Shown piece by piece: positions 36,861-49,637 of a stretch of DNA of 64,000 bases (its first letter is position 1; each line of letters opens with the position of its first letter). The stretch spans positions 10,230,001-10,294,000 of the forward strand of contig CM075980.1 of NCBI GenBank assembly GCA_038087875.1. The letters run 5' to 3'. The position numbers were made by a program, and so were the translations under genes. Origin of the DNA: Malacoraja senta. Taxonomy: Eukaryota. The notes below the pieces were generated by a model, which saw only the letters and a list, made by a program, of their open reading frames with translations, had not been told where the DNA came from and made no database searches.

Positions 36861-38910
36861 GCATCAAGTCGATTCAATTGCTTTAACTAAAAGCATGTAT
36901 GTTGCTATTATACCCAAGGTATTCTTTGCAGACGTTGAGTAAAGTTTTAAAACTATTGTCAAATGCATTGCTGATTCTCCTTGATTTATTTGTGACCCCA
37001 AACATGACGACTTAATATGCATTCTGTTGTCTTGTACATTTGAGCAAGAAACGCTGATTTATTTTCCCTCAATCTCGATCTCGAATTACAATAGTAGAAC
37101 CGGAGTTGAGTTTGTGCCACTAGTCAAGTTATACAATGCGTTCTAAACCAATCATGACAAACGTGATCTCAACTCTAATGAGAATCCACAACATTGGCAG
37201 AAAATGCTGTTAATTCTCAGCAGAGGAGGCGGCCTGAAGTGAGAAATTGATTTGACGTTTCAGGTTGTTCTTTTGGTCAATAATGTCCCTACCAACCCCA
37301 CACCCTCAGGGTTTAAAGGCTTTGTTAATTATGTTTTCGTTCGTAAGGGGCACCGTTACATACTGTAAATAAAGGCAAGATATGTGCATACCTGGAAATT
37401 TACCAGAAACGACATTAATTCCCAACATATCAGCAAGATTCTGTAAAACTGATGGTTTGTTCTCACCTCCACTTTACACTATCCACACTATGCACCGCAA
37501 CTCCATCCTTTATCACCGAAGACATTGACATTAACCGGTGACGGGATTTGTATTCCAATTACGCTAAGATGTCGTTATCATGCCATGTTCCATCACAATC
37601 ACCGCTGTGGGTTGTATTTTTTTTCTGAGGGAGCAAACAGCAAAGATTGACTCTTTCTGGTCTTGGCATTTCCATCTGTTTCTCTAGTGTCCAACTATCC
37701 ATCAATATCAGACGATCAGATATGAATTGTTCCAATGACGGGACATTCAAAGCCACCCAACAAAGAGGATTCCAATAATTTACACCCTTCTCCGCTTTAT
37801 CCACTTTATCTCACCCCTACATAGCCAGATCCAGCGTGATATTGTGTCCACTGCAGATCCAACAGATCCAGGGATCTCTTGTCCATCCCCCTCACAATAA
37901 GCATTTATTTTCCAATGAGTTCTCTCTTTCTTCGAAACTCTCTGAGAATATTCAGCAGCCCAATTGAAATACACTGCCCCGGTGCATATTAAAGAAATAC
38001 GTAGTGTGTAGGAAGGAACTGCAGATGGCGGTTTAAACCGAAGATAGACATAAAAAAAGTTGGAGTAATTCATTCGGGTCAGACAGCATCTCCGGAGAAA
38101 AGGAACGGCTGACTTGTCGGGTCGAGACGCTTCTTCAGAACCGAAACGTCACATACTGCTTTTCACCGGAGATGCTGTCTTACCACCTTTTTATGTCTAT
38201 CTTCAAAGAAATACGTAGAGTTTTTATGAATGGTTCAATGGTGCGTTATTCTCATCTACCAGGCAACAGTGTAATTCATTTTTGTTTACAGTTCAGTACA
38301 AGTATCAGTATACATAAGCACTTAAATACATCTTAGATAAAAATCTCAGATACAGTAAAAGGGTATCGTGGTGGTACACTGAGAGAGTATATAAAGATTT
38401 GGCTCCATTTTCAAATCCCAGTTGTTGTTAATGCAGGGTTCTTGACCCTGCATTAACGTGTGGCATGAAGGTCCGCTACCCTGGCAGCGTTGGAGGTACT
38501 TCATCGGCCCTCTTCACCGTCAGGGTTGTGCACTCCCTCCCGCAGCCAGTCTGCTTAACGGCCCTTCCTCCGACTCCTTCCTCTCCGGGCGGGCGAGGTG
38601 AGCCTACCGGGTGGGTTCCCGTCCGGTCCGCGTCACCGGTACTCGGCGCGAGATCGACTCTGAGATCACCTCTTGCACTTTTTGGGTTCTTCCTCAATTT
38701 ATTTTTGTTAACCACATGTTAACAAACCAATTAATCTGTCTCAATTGGTCTTCATGCACCGTCTATTTTAACTACCGTCTATTCAAACACAACTGGCGCA
38801 ATATCACCCTTTACATTTGCGATATTACTGTCACTTATTACCAGTTTGCCCCATGGGCTTGATCTTCCGATGTAAAAAAACGCAATGTTCTCCTCTTTAA
38901 AACTCCACGA

Positions 38911-41699
38911 GCTTAGGGGAGATTCATACTGATCCTCTTAGAATTAATGAAGCGTTTGCTAAATTCTATGCTGAACTATACGCTTCCGACTGTCCTCCCA
39001 CTGCAGGTGACATGCTCAGTAGTATGACGTTTCCCCGAATTGACGATGAAGCCACCGGAGACTTGGGTGGTCCCATAACTGTTGCTGAGGTCCAAGCAGC
39101 CATCACATCGCTGCAAAGCGGAAAGTCACCCGGCCCTGACGGCTTCACTGTAGAATATTACAAAGCTTTCTCTGCTCTCCTCGCACCAGACCTGAGAGAT
39201 ATGTACAACGAGGCGTTTTTACATCGTCGCCTACCGCCCACCTTGTCGTGGGCTACTATCTCCCTAATTCTTAAAAAGGAGAAAGATCCCCTGCTTTGTA
39301 GTAGCTATAGACCAATTTCACTCCTGAATGTGGACCTCAAAATCCTCTCTAAAGCCCTTGCACTCCGTCTTCAACGAGTGATGCCCTCTATTATCTCGTT
39401 AGATCAAACAGGGTTCATACCAGGCCGACAGTCTTCCCACAATACCAGGCGTCTCCTTAACATCATCCATTCACCGAGTAGTGAGACCCCGGAGATAGTG
39501 GTCTCCCTCGATGCCGAAAAAGCTTTCGACAGGGTCGAGTGGAAGTACCTATATGAGGCGATGGACAGGTTTGGCCTCGGTAACAGTTTTATTCTTTGGG
39601 TCAGTCTAATATACTCGTCCCCGGTGGCCTCAGTACAAACAAACGGCACACTGTCGCCCCACTTCCCCCTTCAGAGAGGTACCAGACAGGGTTGCCCGTT
39701 ATCACCACTCCTGTTTGCTGTCGCGATAGAACCCCTGGCGGTCTGGTTACGCTCAGAGAAGGGGTTTAAAGGTATTACACAGTTCGACACAACTCATAAA
39801 GTCTCATTGTATGCAGATGACCTGCTCCTGTACATCTCGAACCCAGTCAGTTCTCTCCCTGTGATTACGAGTATTTTAGAACGGTTTGGTGCCTATTCTG
39901 GTTATAAACTTAACTACCAAAAGAGTGAGCTATTACCGATTAACTCATTGGCTAAGCAGCTCCCTCGCTCTTTAACCTCATTCAAATGGGCAGAGGACGG
40001 GTTTCGCTATCTCGGCGTTTTTATCACAACACCCTTATCTGACATGTTCCGCACAAACTTTCTGCCTCTGGTTGAGAAAGTCGAAAGAGATTTTGACCGC
40101 TGGTCAGTTTTACCGCTATCCCTCGTGGGCCGGATAAATCTGGTCAAGATGGTCGTCCTACCCAAATTCCTGTATATTTTCCAGCAAGTCCCTATACTTA
40201 TCACTAAATCTTTTTTTGATCAATTAGAAAGGCCAATATCTAAATTTTTATGGGGTAGCAAACCGGCTAGAATCCGAAAGGCGATACTGCAGTCTCCTAA
40301 GAGTGACGGCGGTTTGGCACTTCCTGACTTTAGGCGATACTATTGGGCAGCTAACTTGCAAAAACTCCTGTATTGGATGAATGATGATTGCGACCACCTA
40401 CCGACCTGGGTATACATGGAAAAGGCGAGTTCACGTCTCCCGTTGCGGTCTGTCCTATGCTCCCAACTCCCCCTTCCTATAACATCTGTGGGTGCAGGCC
40501 CAATTGCGTCCCTCTCGCTCAAGATATGGAGTCAACTCAGGAAAAACTTCGGTTTACAAGGCCCTTCCATCTTGACCCCACTGCTTAAAAATCACATCTT
40601 TAAACCTTCAAGTACAGACCACGCATTCAAAACCTGGCTTAGCAACGGTATCAGTAGTATCAAAAACCTTTACAAGGATGGCATCTTTTCGTCCTTTGCG
40701 GTGCTCTCGTCCAACTACAGCCTCCCAAACTCCCACCTTTTTCGTTTTATGCAGATTAGGGATTTTGTGAAGAAGACATTCCCCGTTTCCCAAATCGCCC
40801 CCCTGAAACCCTGGCCGATACCATCTTAGCTCTAGATCCCAACCGGAAGAAATGCATCTCTATATTGTATAATTTGCCTTTTGGAGGAGTGCTTTCGACT
40901 TGATAAGCAGAGCCTACGGCCAGACTATTCCTCCAAACCCAATGTCAGCCATTTTCGGTTATATTGAAACTTCATACCTCATTAAAAGCTGCGTGGGAGG
41001 GTGAGCTGAATACGAAACTAACAGACCAGCAATGGGACTCTGCCTTGGATTTGATCCATTCTTCCTCCATATGTGCCCGTCATGGCCTAATCCAATGCAA
41101 AGTCCTTCACAAAGTCCACTACACAAATGCAAGATTATCTAGAATTTACCCCGCTGTTAGGGACACCTGCAACAGATGTAATCAATCCCCTGCCAACCAT
41201 AGCATATGTTTTGGTCTTGCCCTAAGCTAGCAGCCTTTTGGAGGAGTGCTTTCGACTTGATAAGCAGAGCCTACGGCCAGACTATTCCTCCAAACCCAAT
41301 GTCAGCCATTTTCGGTACCCCTCCCAACACCAACCTCTCTGTTGCGGTGAAACGGGTCCTAGCTTTTACAACCTTGTTAGCCCGGAGACTGATCTTGCTT
41401 AACTGGAGGCTCACCTGTCCCCCGACACACGCCCGTTGGATTAAGGAGGTGCTTTACAATTTAAAGCTTGAAAAACTTAGCTTCTCTCTCAAAGGCTCTA
41501 CCAAGACATTCCTAGATACATGGAACCCTTGCTTGGAACTTGTTAACTCTCTCAACCTGTCCCCGGACTCGGAAGAGGACTGAGTGCTCTCCACCATTGT
41601 TTTGCTCTACTGCAGCTGCGCTCCCCTTAACCCCCCGCCCTCCCCACACTTATTTATTTAATTAATTACTTATTTACTGTTATTAGTGACCCCAAATTC

Positions 41700-41739
<40 letters not shown>

Positions 41740-41993
41740 TTTTTTTAATTTATTACTTTTTTAAAGTACTTTTTGTTTCGTTTATCTTACCATATTTGTG
41801 TGGATGTGTACGTATGTGAGTGTTGTTTGTCCCCGTTTGGTTCCGACTTGATTCGGGTGGGTTGAAGGTGGGTAAGGGTAAGGGCTTTGAGGGTCGCTTA
41901 CATACTGTTGCACAATTATGCCTTGACTGTCACTGTCTGTTATCATAGTATGTATGCAAATTGCTGTGAAATTCAAATAAAAAGATTTAAATA
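38911..41993 (+). mobile_element. 5'-truncated L1 family A (unit B copy)
   Basis: 605-aa RT ORF at 39012-40829. Same TSD AAAACTCCACGA at 38899-38910 and 41994-42005, so the insertion predates the A/B duplication. Confidence 0.95.
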
Positions 41994-42699
41994 AAAACTC
42001 CACGATTTGGTTATTTCCCATCAACCCCATTTTTACCCGATTAGTAAGAAGGTGGTCCCAGCATGATCCCCGTGGCGATGAGCTCATTGAAATATATCTA
42101 TATACGTCAATACTATTGCAAAACCTATGTCGTCTATGCCACACGTTGACATCCTGTTCCAGAGCATATTTGCGCGTGGCGCTGTGAACAATGGTTTGTT
42201 AAAACTGAGCTTCTTAATTTCAAACAGAGCTCCCAAACTCGTAGAACAAGTGCACATCTGGCGCTTTGAACTTTGCCAGTTCTTCGGCGAACTTGGATAT
42301 CTGTGTCATGCCAATTCCGCCTGAATATGTCTCCAGAGACACGAAAATGCCCTTAGTCCCCGCTCTGCACAATGGACACAGACGTTGGTGTTCTTCGTCA
42401 AAGTTCATGAAACAGAATGCCTGTGTGCGTTTTCTTTCTTCTTCATCAATGCTACCGTGGCGCTAATGGACAATGTTAAATCTGAAATTCCCGTATCACC
42501 GCAATCTGGAAATCTTACATTTATTTCGTTCACAATTACATCCCATGATCACTGTATTTTGAACTCATATTTCTTCTTCATCATCTTAGTTTAGTTTATT
42601 ATATTGAGACTGTAAAAACATTTTTTGATGTCAACAAAAGGATTCTATATGATTATAATGTCCACATTGTACAGGTAGAGGATAAAGGTATACCATTCT

Positions 42700-43520
42700 G
42701 TGCATGATGAAGTCCTATTAACGATAATTCAATGGTCTCCTATGAGGCTAAACGAGAGGCCTGGACCGCACACCCGCTCGTGAGAGGACGGTTCGGTTGC
42801 CTGATAACAGCTGGAAAGGAACTTTCCGTGAATCTGGACGTATGCGTTTTCAAACTTCTGTACTTCTTGCTTGATGGGAGAGAGGGAATGACCAGAGTGA
42901 GACTACTTCTTGATTAAGATGGTGGCCCAGCAAGGCAGCGTGGTGCAGATGGAGTCCAAGGAAGGTAGGCTGTTTTGCGTGATGGCCTGGGCTATGTCCA
43001 CAACTGTCTGCAATTTCTTGCGAGTTTCGATGGACCTGTTCCCAAACCACGGGTGTGATGCATGCCGATTAAAATGTTTTCTAGAGCGCAGCTGTGGTAA
43101 TTGGCGAGGGCTGTTAAGTACACGCCAAACTTACGGAGTCTCCTTAGGAAATAAAGGCGTTGTGTGCATTCTTGGCCATTGTTTCGACATGGCTGGTCCA
43201 GGCGAGTTTGCTGGTGATATTCATTCGAACACCTCTAGTTCGCCGTCATCATGTGTGTCCTTCTTGGTTCCATGAAGTCAACCAGAATCTCGTACGTCTT
43301 GCTGCCATTGAGAGACCAGTTGTTATTTTGGCACCAGGTTATGCGGGTTTCAATCTCCTTTCTGCGCTCCGTCTCCCCCTCCGCTGGATAAACGTTTACA
43401 GTATAGCTTGTGTTAATTCTACTCTACCCATAGTGGTGCTCAGGTGTAGACGTGATCATACCACGATGTGCAGATTCCACCAGCGGTTGTGCTTAATCGG
43501 TCCGCGTTTCGAACTTGTGC
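42700..43520 (-). mobile_element. Rex1/Babar-like fragment (unit B copy)
   Basis: Copy of 18420-19240. Confidence 0.55.
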
Positions 43521-43541
43521 CACCTTGTGTTCTTTACTGGT

Positions 43542-45016
43542 TCTTTAATAAAGGCCATTTTTAAACATTTTGGTTTCACCATGTAGAAATGACAGCAGTG
43601 TTTATACATAGTCCCCCCCATTTCAGGACACCATAATGTTTGGGACACAGCAATGTCATGTAAATGAAAGTAGTCATGTTTAGTATTTTGTTGCATATCC
43701 TTTGCATGCAATGACTGCTTGAAGTCTGCGATTCATGGACATCACCAGTTGCTGGTTGTCTTCTCTGGTATTGCAGCCATCTTTAGCTTATTTTGTTCTG
43801 GGGGCTAGTCCCCTTCAGTTTTTCTTCAGCAAATAAAAGGCATGCTCAATTGGGTTCAGATCGGGTGATTGTCTTGGCCACTCAAGAATTGACCATTTTT
43901 TAGCTTTGAAAAACCAATTTGCTGCTTTAGCAGTATGTTTGGGATCCTTGTCTTGCTGTAGAATGAACTACCGGCCAATGAGTTTTGAGGAAGTTGTTTG
44001 AACTTGAGCTGATAGGATGTGTCTACACACTTCAGAATTCATTATGCTACTACCATCAGCAGTTGTATCAGCAATGAAGATGAGTGAGCCTGTACCTTCA
44101 GCAGCCATACATGCCCAGGCCATAACACCCCCACCACCGTGTTTCACAGGTGAGATGCTATGCTTTGGATTTTGGGCAGTTCCTTCTCTACTCCTTATGC
44201 CATCACACTGATATAAGTTAATCTTCGTCTCATCTGTTCACAAGACCTTTTTCCAGAACTGTGGTTGCTCTTTTAAGTACTTCTTGCAAACAGTAACCTG
44301 GCCATCCTATTTTGCGGCTAACCAGTGGTTTGCATCTTGCAGTGTAGCCTTTGTATTTCTGTTCAGGAAGTCTTCTGTGGCAGTGGTCATTGAGAAATCC
44401 GCACCTGACTCATGAAGAGTGTTTCTGATCTGTCGGACATGTGTTTGTTTTTTTCCCTTTATTTTAGAGATAATTCTTCTGTCATCAGCTGTGGAGGTCT
44501 TCGTTGGCATTGTGATTAGTAAGCTCACCAGTGCTCTCTCTCTTAATGATGTTCCAAACAGTTGAGTTTGGTAAGCCTAAAGTGTGGCTGATGTCTCTAA
44601 CAGTTTTATTCTTGTTTCTCGGTCTCATAATGGCTTCTTTAACTTTCTTTGGCACAAGTTTGGTGCTCATGTTGATAAACAGCAGTAAAAGTTTCCAAAG
44701 GTGATGGAAAGAGTGGAGTAAAGGCTAGGTGCTGATAGCTCTCTTATACCTGCATTAAGGAGGCCTTTAAACACACCTGAGCAATTACAAGCACCTGTGA
44801 AACAAAGCGTCCCAAACATTATGGTGCGCTGAAATGAGGGAGACTATGTATAAACACAACTGTAATTTCCACATGTATACAAATGGCCTTTTTAGAAATC
44901 TAACAATGTGCACTTTAACCACATGTGATTTTTTATATTACAAATCTCAAATTGTGGAGTACAGAGGCAAATAAATAACTGATGGGCCTTTGTCCCAAAC
45001 ATTATGGAGAGTACTG
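43542..45016 (-). mobile_element. Tc1/mariner transposon (unit B copy)
   Basis: Copy of 19262-20736; ends actg followed by TA at 45017. Confidence 0.9.
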
Positions 45017-46219
45017 TATATGCTGAAGGTCCTTACGTGTTTAAGATAGACAAATATCCAGGGCCTGATCAGATACATCCAAGGACACTGTGATAAGCCA
45101 CAGAGGAAATTGCTGGAGCCGCCGCAGAGTCTTTTGGTAAATACAGGCGAGGTGTCGGAAGATTGTAGGGAGGCAAATGGTGCGCCTCTATTCATGAAGG
45201 GCTGCAGGGGAAAGGCTGGAAGCTACATTCCAGCGATCCTAACATCTGTGGTAGGAAAGTTACTGGTGAGTATTCTGAGGGACAGGAGAGGTCAAGTTCA
45301 CATTTATTGTCACAAACACCAATAGACAATAGACAATAGACAATAGGTGCAGGAGCAGGTCATTCGGCCCATCGAGCCAGCACCGCCATTCAATGTGATC
45401 ATGGCTGATCATCCCCAATCAGTACCCCATTCTTGCCTTCTAATAAACAATAGACAATTAGGTCACAGTGATATTTGAGTTACCATACAGCCATACAAGT
45501 AAAAAGAGCACAATACACGATAGAGTTTAACATAAATATCCATCACAGTGGAATCGGCATTTCTCACTGAGATGGAAGGCGCTAAAGTTCAGTCAATCTT
45601 TCTCCTTTGTTCACCCGTGGTCGGGGCCTTGAACCCTCCGCAGTCGCCGCTACGGACGCCCGCTGTACACGCCCACTCGGCGGGATGATCGAAACACCGA
45701 CGTCGGGAAATCAGAATACACTCTGCGGCTTGGAGTTCCCAAATTGGCCGCTTCTTACCGGAGACCGCTGCTTCACGATGTTAAAGACCACGGCCCAGCG
45801 GTCAGAGCAGTTCTTCTGGCGATCCCCGGCAAGGGGTCCCAGGCTCCGCGATGGTAAGTCCACGCCGCTCCCGTGGCGAGAATCTCCGAAGACCGCTGCA
45901 GTAAGCAGGCACCCGCGGTCGGAGCGCCGATACTGGCGACCTTCAGCAAACGATCACAGGCTCCGCGATGATAAGTCCGCGCCGCGCAAGCTGCTGAAGC
46001 TCTGGGCCAGTCTCCGGTCTGGAAAGGCTGCACCAAACCAGTTGTTAGGCCGCGAGGGGGGCGAAGATGCGACAAAGAGAGGTAAGTGACTGAAAACAGG
46101 TTCCCCCTCTTCGCGCCACGACCACCAAATCATACATTTAGACGCACTAAAAATAACAACAAAAAGTCGAAAGAACAGACGGGCTGCTGGCGAGGCTGCC
46201 GCTCACGGCGCCACTCGAT

Positions 46220-46930
46220 GATGCATACATGTATTTGGATGGTCAATGACTGATTTGGGATAGTCAACATGGGAGGTCGGGGGAGGTCGGGGGAGGTCGG
46301 GGGAGGTCGTGTCTCACGAATCTGATTCAGATTTTGAAGATGTGACCAAAAAGGTCCATGAAGGCAGATCTGTTGAATTGTATACATGAATTTTAGTAAG
46401 CCATTTGATAAGGTTCGGCATGGAAGGCTGCTCTGGAACGTTAGATCCCTTGTGTTTCAAGGAGAGGTAACTGAATTGATAGAAAATTGGCTTCAAGGTA
46501 GGAAGCAGAGGGTGATCGTGGAAGATTCGTTTTCCGACGGGAGGCCTCTGACAAGTGGTGTGCCTCGGGTTTGGCGCTGGGCCCAATGCTGTATGTCATT
46601 TCTGACAATGATTTGGATGAGAAGGTACATGGCAAAGTCAGCAAGTTTGCAGGTGACACAAATTACAGCAGGTTCTTGATCTTCTTCGGTTGCCTTCTTT
46701 GGCCTTCGTCAGTCAGAGTATTGAGTATAGAGGTTGGGATGTCATGTTGCGGTTGCATAAGACATTGGTGTGGCTGCAGTTAGAATATTATGTTCAATTT
46801 TGGGCACCTTGTTACAAGAAAATTGTCGTTAAGCTGGAAAGGGTGCAGAGAAGATTTATGAAGATGGGGACTCGAGGTCCCAAGCTATCGGGACAGGTTG
46901 AGCAGGCTAGGACTCAATTCCGTAGAAAGC
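46220..46930 (+). mobile_element. CR1 RT fragment
   Basis: Homologue of 21990-22710. Confidence 0.75.
46271..46310 (+). repeat. 10-bp tandem repeat (gggaggtcgg/gggaggtcgt) x4
   Basis: Directly visible; the homologous site at ~22035 has only about two degenerate units. Confidence 0.9.
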
Positions 46931-47316
46931 AGGAGGCATTACCCCGGTTCACCCTCTTACTGGTCTTTGCCCTTCGCTTCCGACGTTTCATGTTCCCTCC
47001 CGGTTACGCCGTCTGCCGAGCCTTCGGTCGGTTTCTCGATGCCCGTCGATCATCGAGCCTTCGGGCGAGGTCCCGCCGACCGCGAGATTTCGGGCGGACC
47101 CCGACGAGCCTCTGGGTCGGTGCTCGAATCCACCGCGGACCTCGGCGGGCGAGCCGGGTTTACCGGTCGGATATTCCGATGTCGGTCCACGGCCGGCGAG
47201 ACGGGCCTGCTAGCCGCTGCTTGCCGGGAGCGTTCCGGCCTGCTACAATCAAGACGGCCACAGTGTTCCGATACAGGATTAAGAATATGTAAATTAGTGC
47301 AAGATAAAGTGTGCTA

Positions 47317-48000
47317 GGGTCCGATTAAATACAATTCAAAGATCGCAAATGAGGTAGATGGAACGTCAGAACGGAACTCGCGCTGGTAAGGAAGGTGCAA
47401 TTGCCTGATGACTGCTGGGAAGAAACTATCCCGGAATCTGGAGGTATGCGTTTTCAAACTGCTGTACCTCTTCCGTCTTGGGAGAGAGGAGAAGAGTAAG
47501 TTATCGAGGTGTGACTGGACCTGGGTTATGCTGATGGGTTGGCAATGCATTGGGAAGTGTAGATGGAGTCCGTGGAACGAAGGGAGATTGATTTCCACAA
47601 TGGTCTGGGCTAAGTCCAAAACTCTGCAATTTCTAGCAGTTTTGGATGAAGCTGTTCCCAAACCATGGTGTGATGCATCCCGATAAAATGCTTTCTACGG
47701 CGCACGTGTAGAAGTTGGTGAGGGCTGTTAGGTACATACTGAACATAAACCTTAACCTTCTAAGAACGTAGAAAAACTGTTGTGGTTTCTTGGCCCATTG
47801 GCTGGTCCAAGATAAATTGCTAGTGAAATAGATTTCTAAAAACATGAAGATTTCGACCATTTCTACTTCGGCGCCATCAGTGTGCGCACTGGGTGTATGC
47901 GCTGCTTCGTTTCCCGAAGTCAACCAGACCCTCCTTTGTCATGCTGACATTGGGAGAAATTGTATCTTGGAACCAAGTAACGAGGTTCTAAATCTCCTCC
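47317..48000 (-). mobile_element. Rex1/Babar-like LINE fragment
   Basis: Homologue of 23110-23790. Confidence 0.7.
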
Positions 48001-48813
48001 TAGTACTCCGTCTCAATCTGCATCTAGGCTGGATAAAACGGCAATGTCGAGTTTGACATATTTCTATACCTCCAGTGGTGCTCAGGCGAGGAATAGACTT
48101 TAATCATTCTGGATTTAGAATAGGTGCTCTAATTCTGTTCTTTTCTCGTGCTTTAACTTCCTCCATAGAGACTTAACGTAGTCAGTAACATCCTTGCTGT
48201 TTCACTTCCCTTTTCCAATGATTGCAATTCAAAGATACTTATAACGAAGGACACTTACACTTTATTAAGGTAGTGGGGGCGGGGGGGGGGGTTCAAAATG
48301 CTCTTGAAACATTTATTCTGTCCTCCCAATATCATTGCACAATAGATCTCAGAGTAGAGTGCTTGCTTCAGCAGTTTGAACTTGGATCGAAGGTAGACAA
48401 AAGATGGAGAAACTCAGCGGGTGAGGCAGCATCTATGGAGCGAAGGAATGGTTGACGTTTCGAGATCAGTCTGAAGAAGGGTCTCGACCCGAAACGTCAC
48501 CCATTCCTTCGCTGCATAGATGCTGCCCATACATTACCTATCTGTTTGCCTTAATATAATTGGTGACATTTCGGGGGGGGGGGTGGAGGGGAGAGACTCT
48601 AGGTGAAATAATGCCAGAAAAACATTAAGGCCATCAACAGTTATCCTCAGGAAAGATGGAGCCCATAATGGCCATTGTTATGTGGGGAAGGAGTGATACA
48701 AGGATGCGAACAGTGGAACTGGTAGGATGACGTGGGTTGGGGAGTGGGGTAGGGCGGTTATGTACGGGGGGGGGGGGCGGTGGCGGGCGGGATGGGGGAG
48801 GGGGGGGGGTGAT

Positions 48814-49627
48814 GAAGCAGTACTTGAAATTGAAGAAATCAATGTTCAAACCTCTGAGTTGTAAGCTGCGCAAGTGAAATATGAGGTGTTATTATTCCAA
48901 TTTGCGCGTGGGCTCATTTTGAGCGGCCCCGGACAGTAAGCTCAGTTTGGAAATGAGATGGAGTTAAAATGTTAAGTATTCATGTTATCTGGCCTACACT
49001 TCTTCCTACCCTGCCACTTTCAAAATACCCTATTCCCTACTACCAATTCCTCTGTCACCGCTGCTTTTTCTCCCAAGATGAGATGTTCCAAACTAGAACA
49101 TCAGAGATGTCCTAATTCTTTAGGGAACTAGATTTCCACCCTTTTATCATTAATTAGACCATCACACGTGTCGCATCTGGATCCAGCTGTTCAGCAGTTG
49201 TTCCCAAGCCCCACAGTCGCGACAGGGACAGTTATTATCCTCCAAAATTGTCTTCACCTCCAAACTACTCACATATTCCCATCCCCCCCTTTCTGTGTTC
49301 CGCAGTGACAATTCCCTCTGAAAGTCTCTGGTTCATTCATCAGTTCCCACCCAAACCACCCTCTCCCCAGGGACTTTCCCTTGCAACCGCAGAAGAAGCA
49401 TTCCTGTCCTTATACCTCCCACCTCGACTATATCCAGGGACCCCGACAGTCGTTTCAGGTAAGGCAGAGGCTTACTTGCACCTTCTCCACCTCATCTATT
49501 GTTCGGTGTAGGCTCCTATATATTGACAAGAGGAACTATGAACTTGGTGGTCGTTTCGCTGAAACGACCACAGTCCGCCATGGCCTATGGGATCTTCTGG
49601 TTGCCGAAATTTTCCCCCTCCCATTGA
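48814..49627 (+). mobile_element. Penelope-like element of unit C (inverted pseudo-LTR plus body), split by an L1; continues at 55617-55930
   Basis: YIQGPRQSFQVRQRLTCT..LLYIDKRNYELGGRFAE; the remainder (EQHLIFRLGNFQPSGM) follows the L1. Confidence 0.75.
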
Positions 49628-49637
49628 AGAATGGTCT

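Larger units (their letters stand above)
21481..45760 (+). repeat. Tandem segmental-duplication unit B, a recent near-identical copy of unit A
   Basis: Colinear with A, including the same L1 with the same TSD, the same Tc1 and the same Ig cluster. Boundaries are placed at the step in divergence (see findings) and are approximate. Confidence 0.8.

Noticed and set aside
39012-40829. 605-aa RT ORF as an active or domesticated gene
   Set aside because: The element is 5'-truncated, lacks the endonuclease, is frameshifted downstream, and the sister copy has an additional frameshift.
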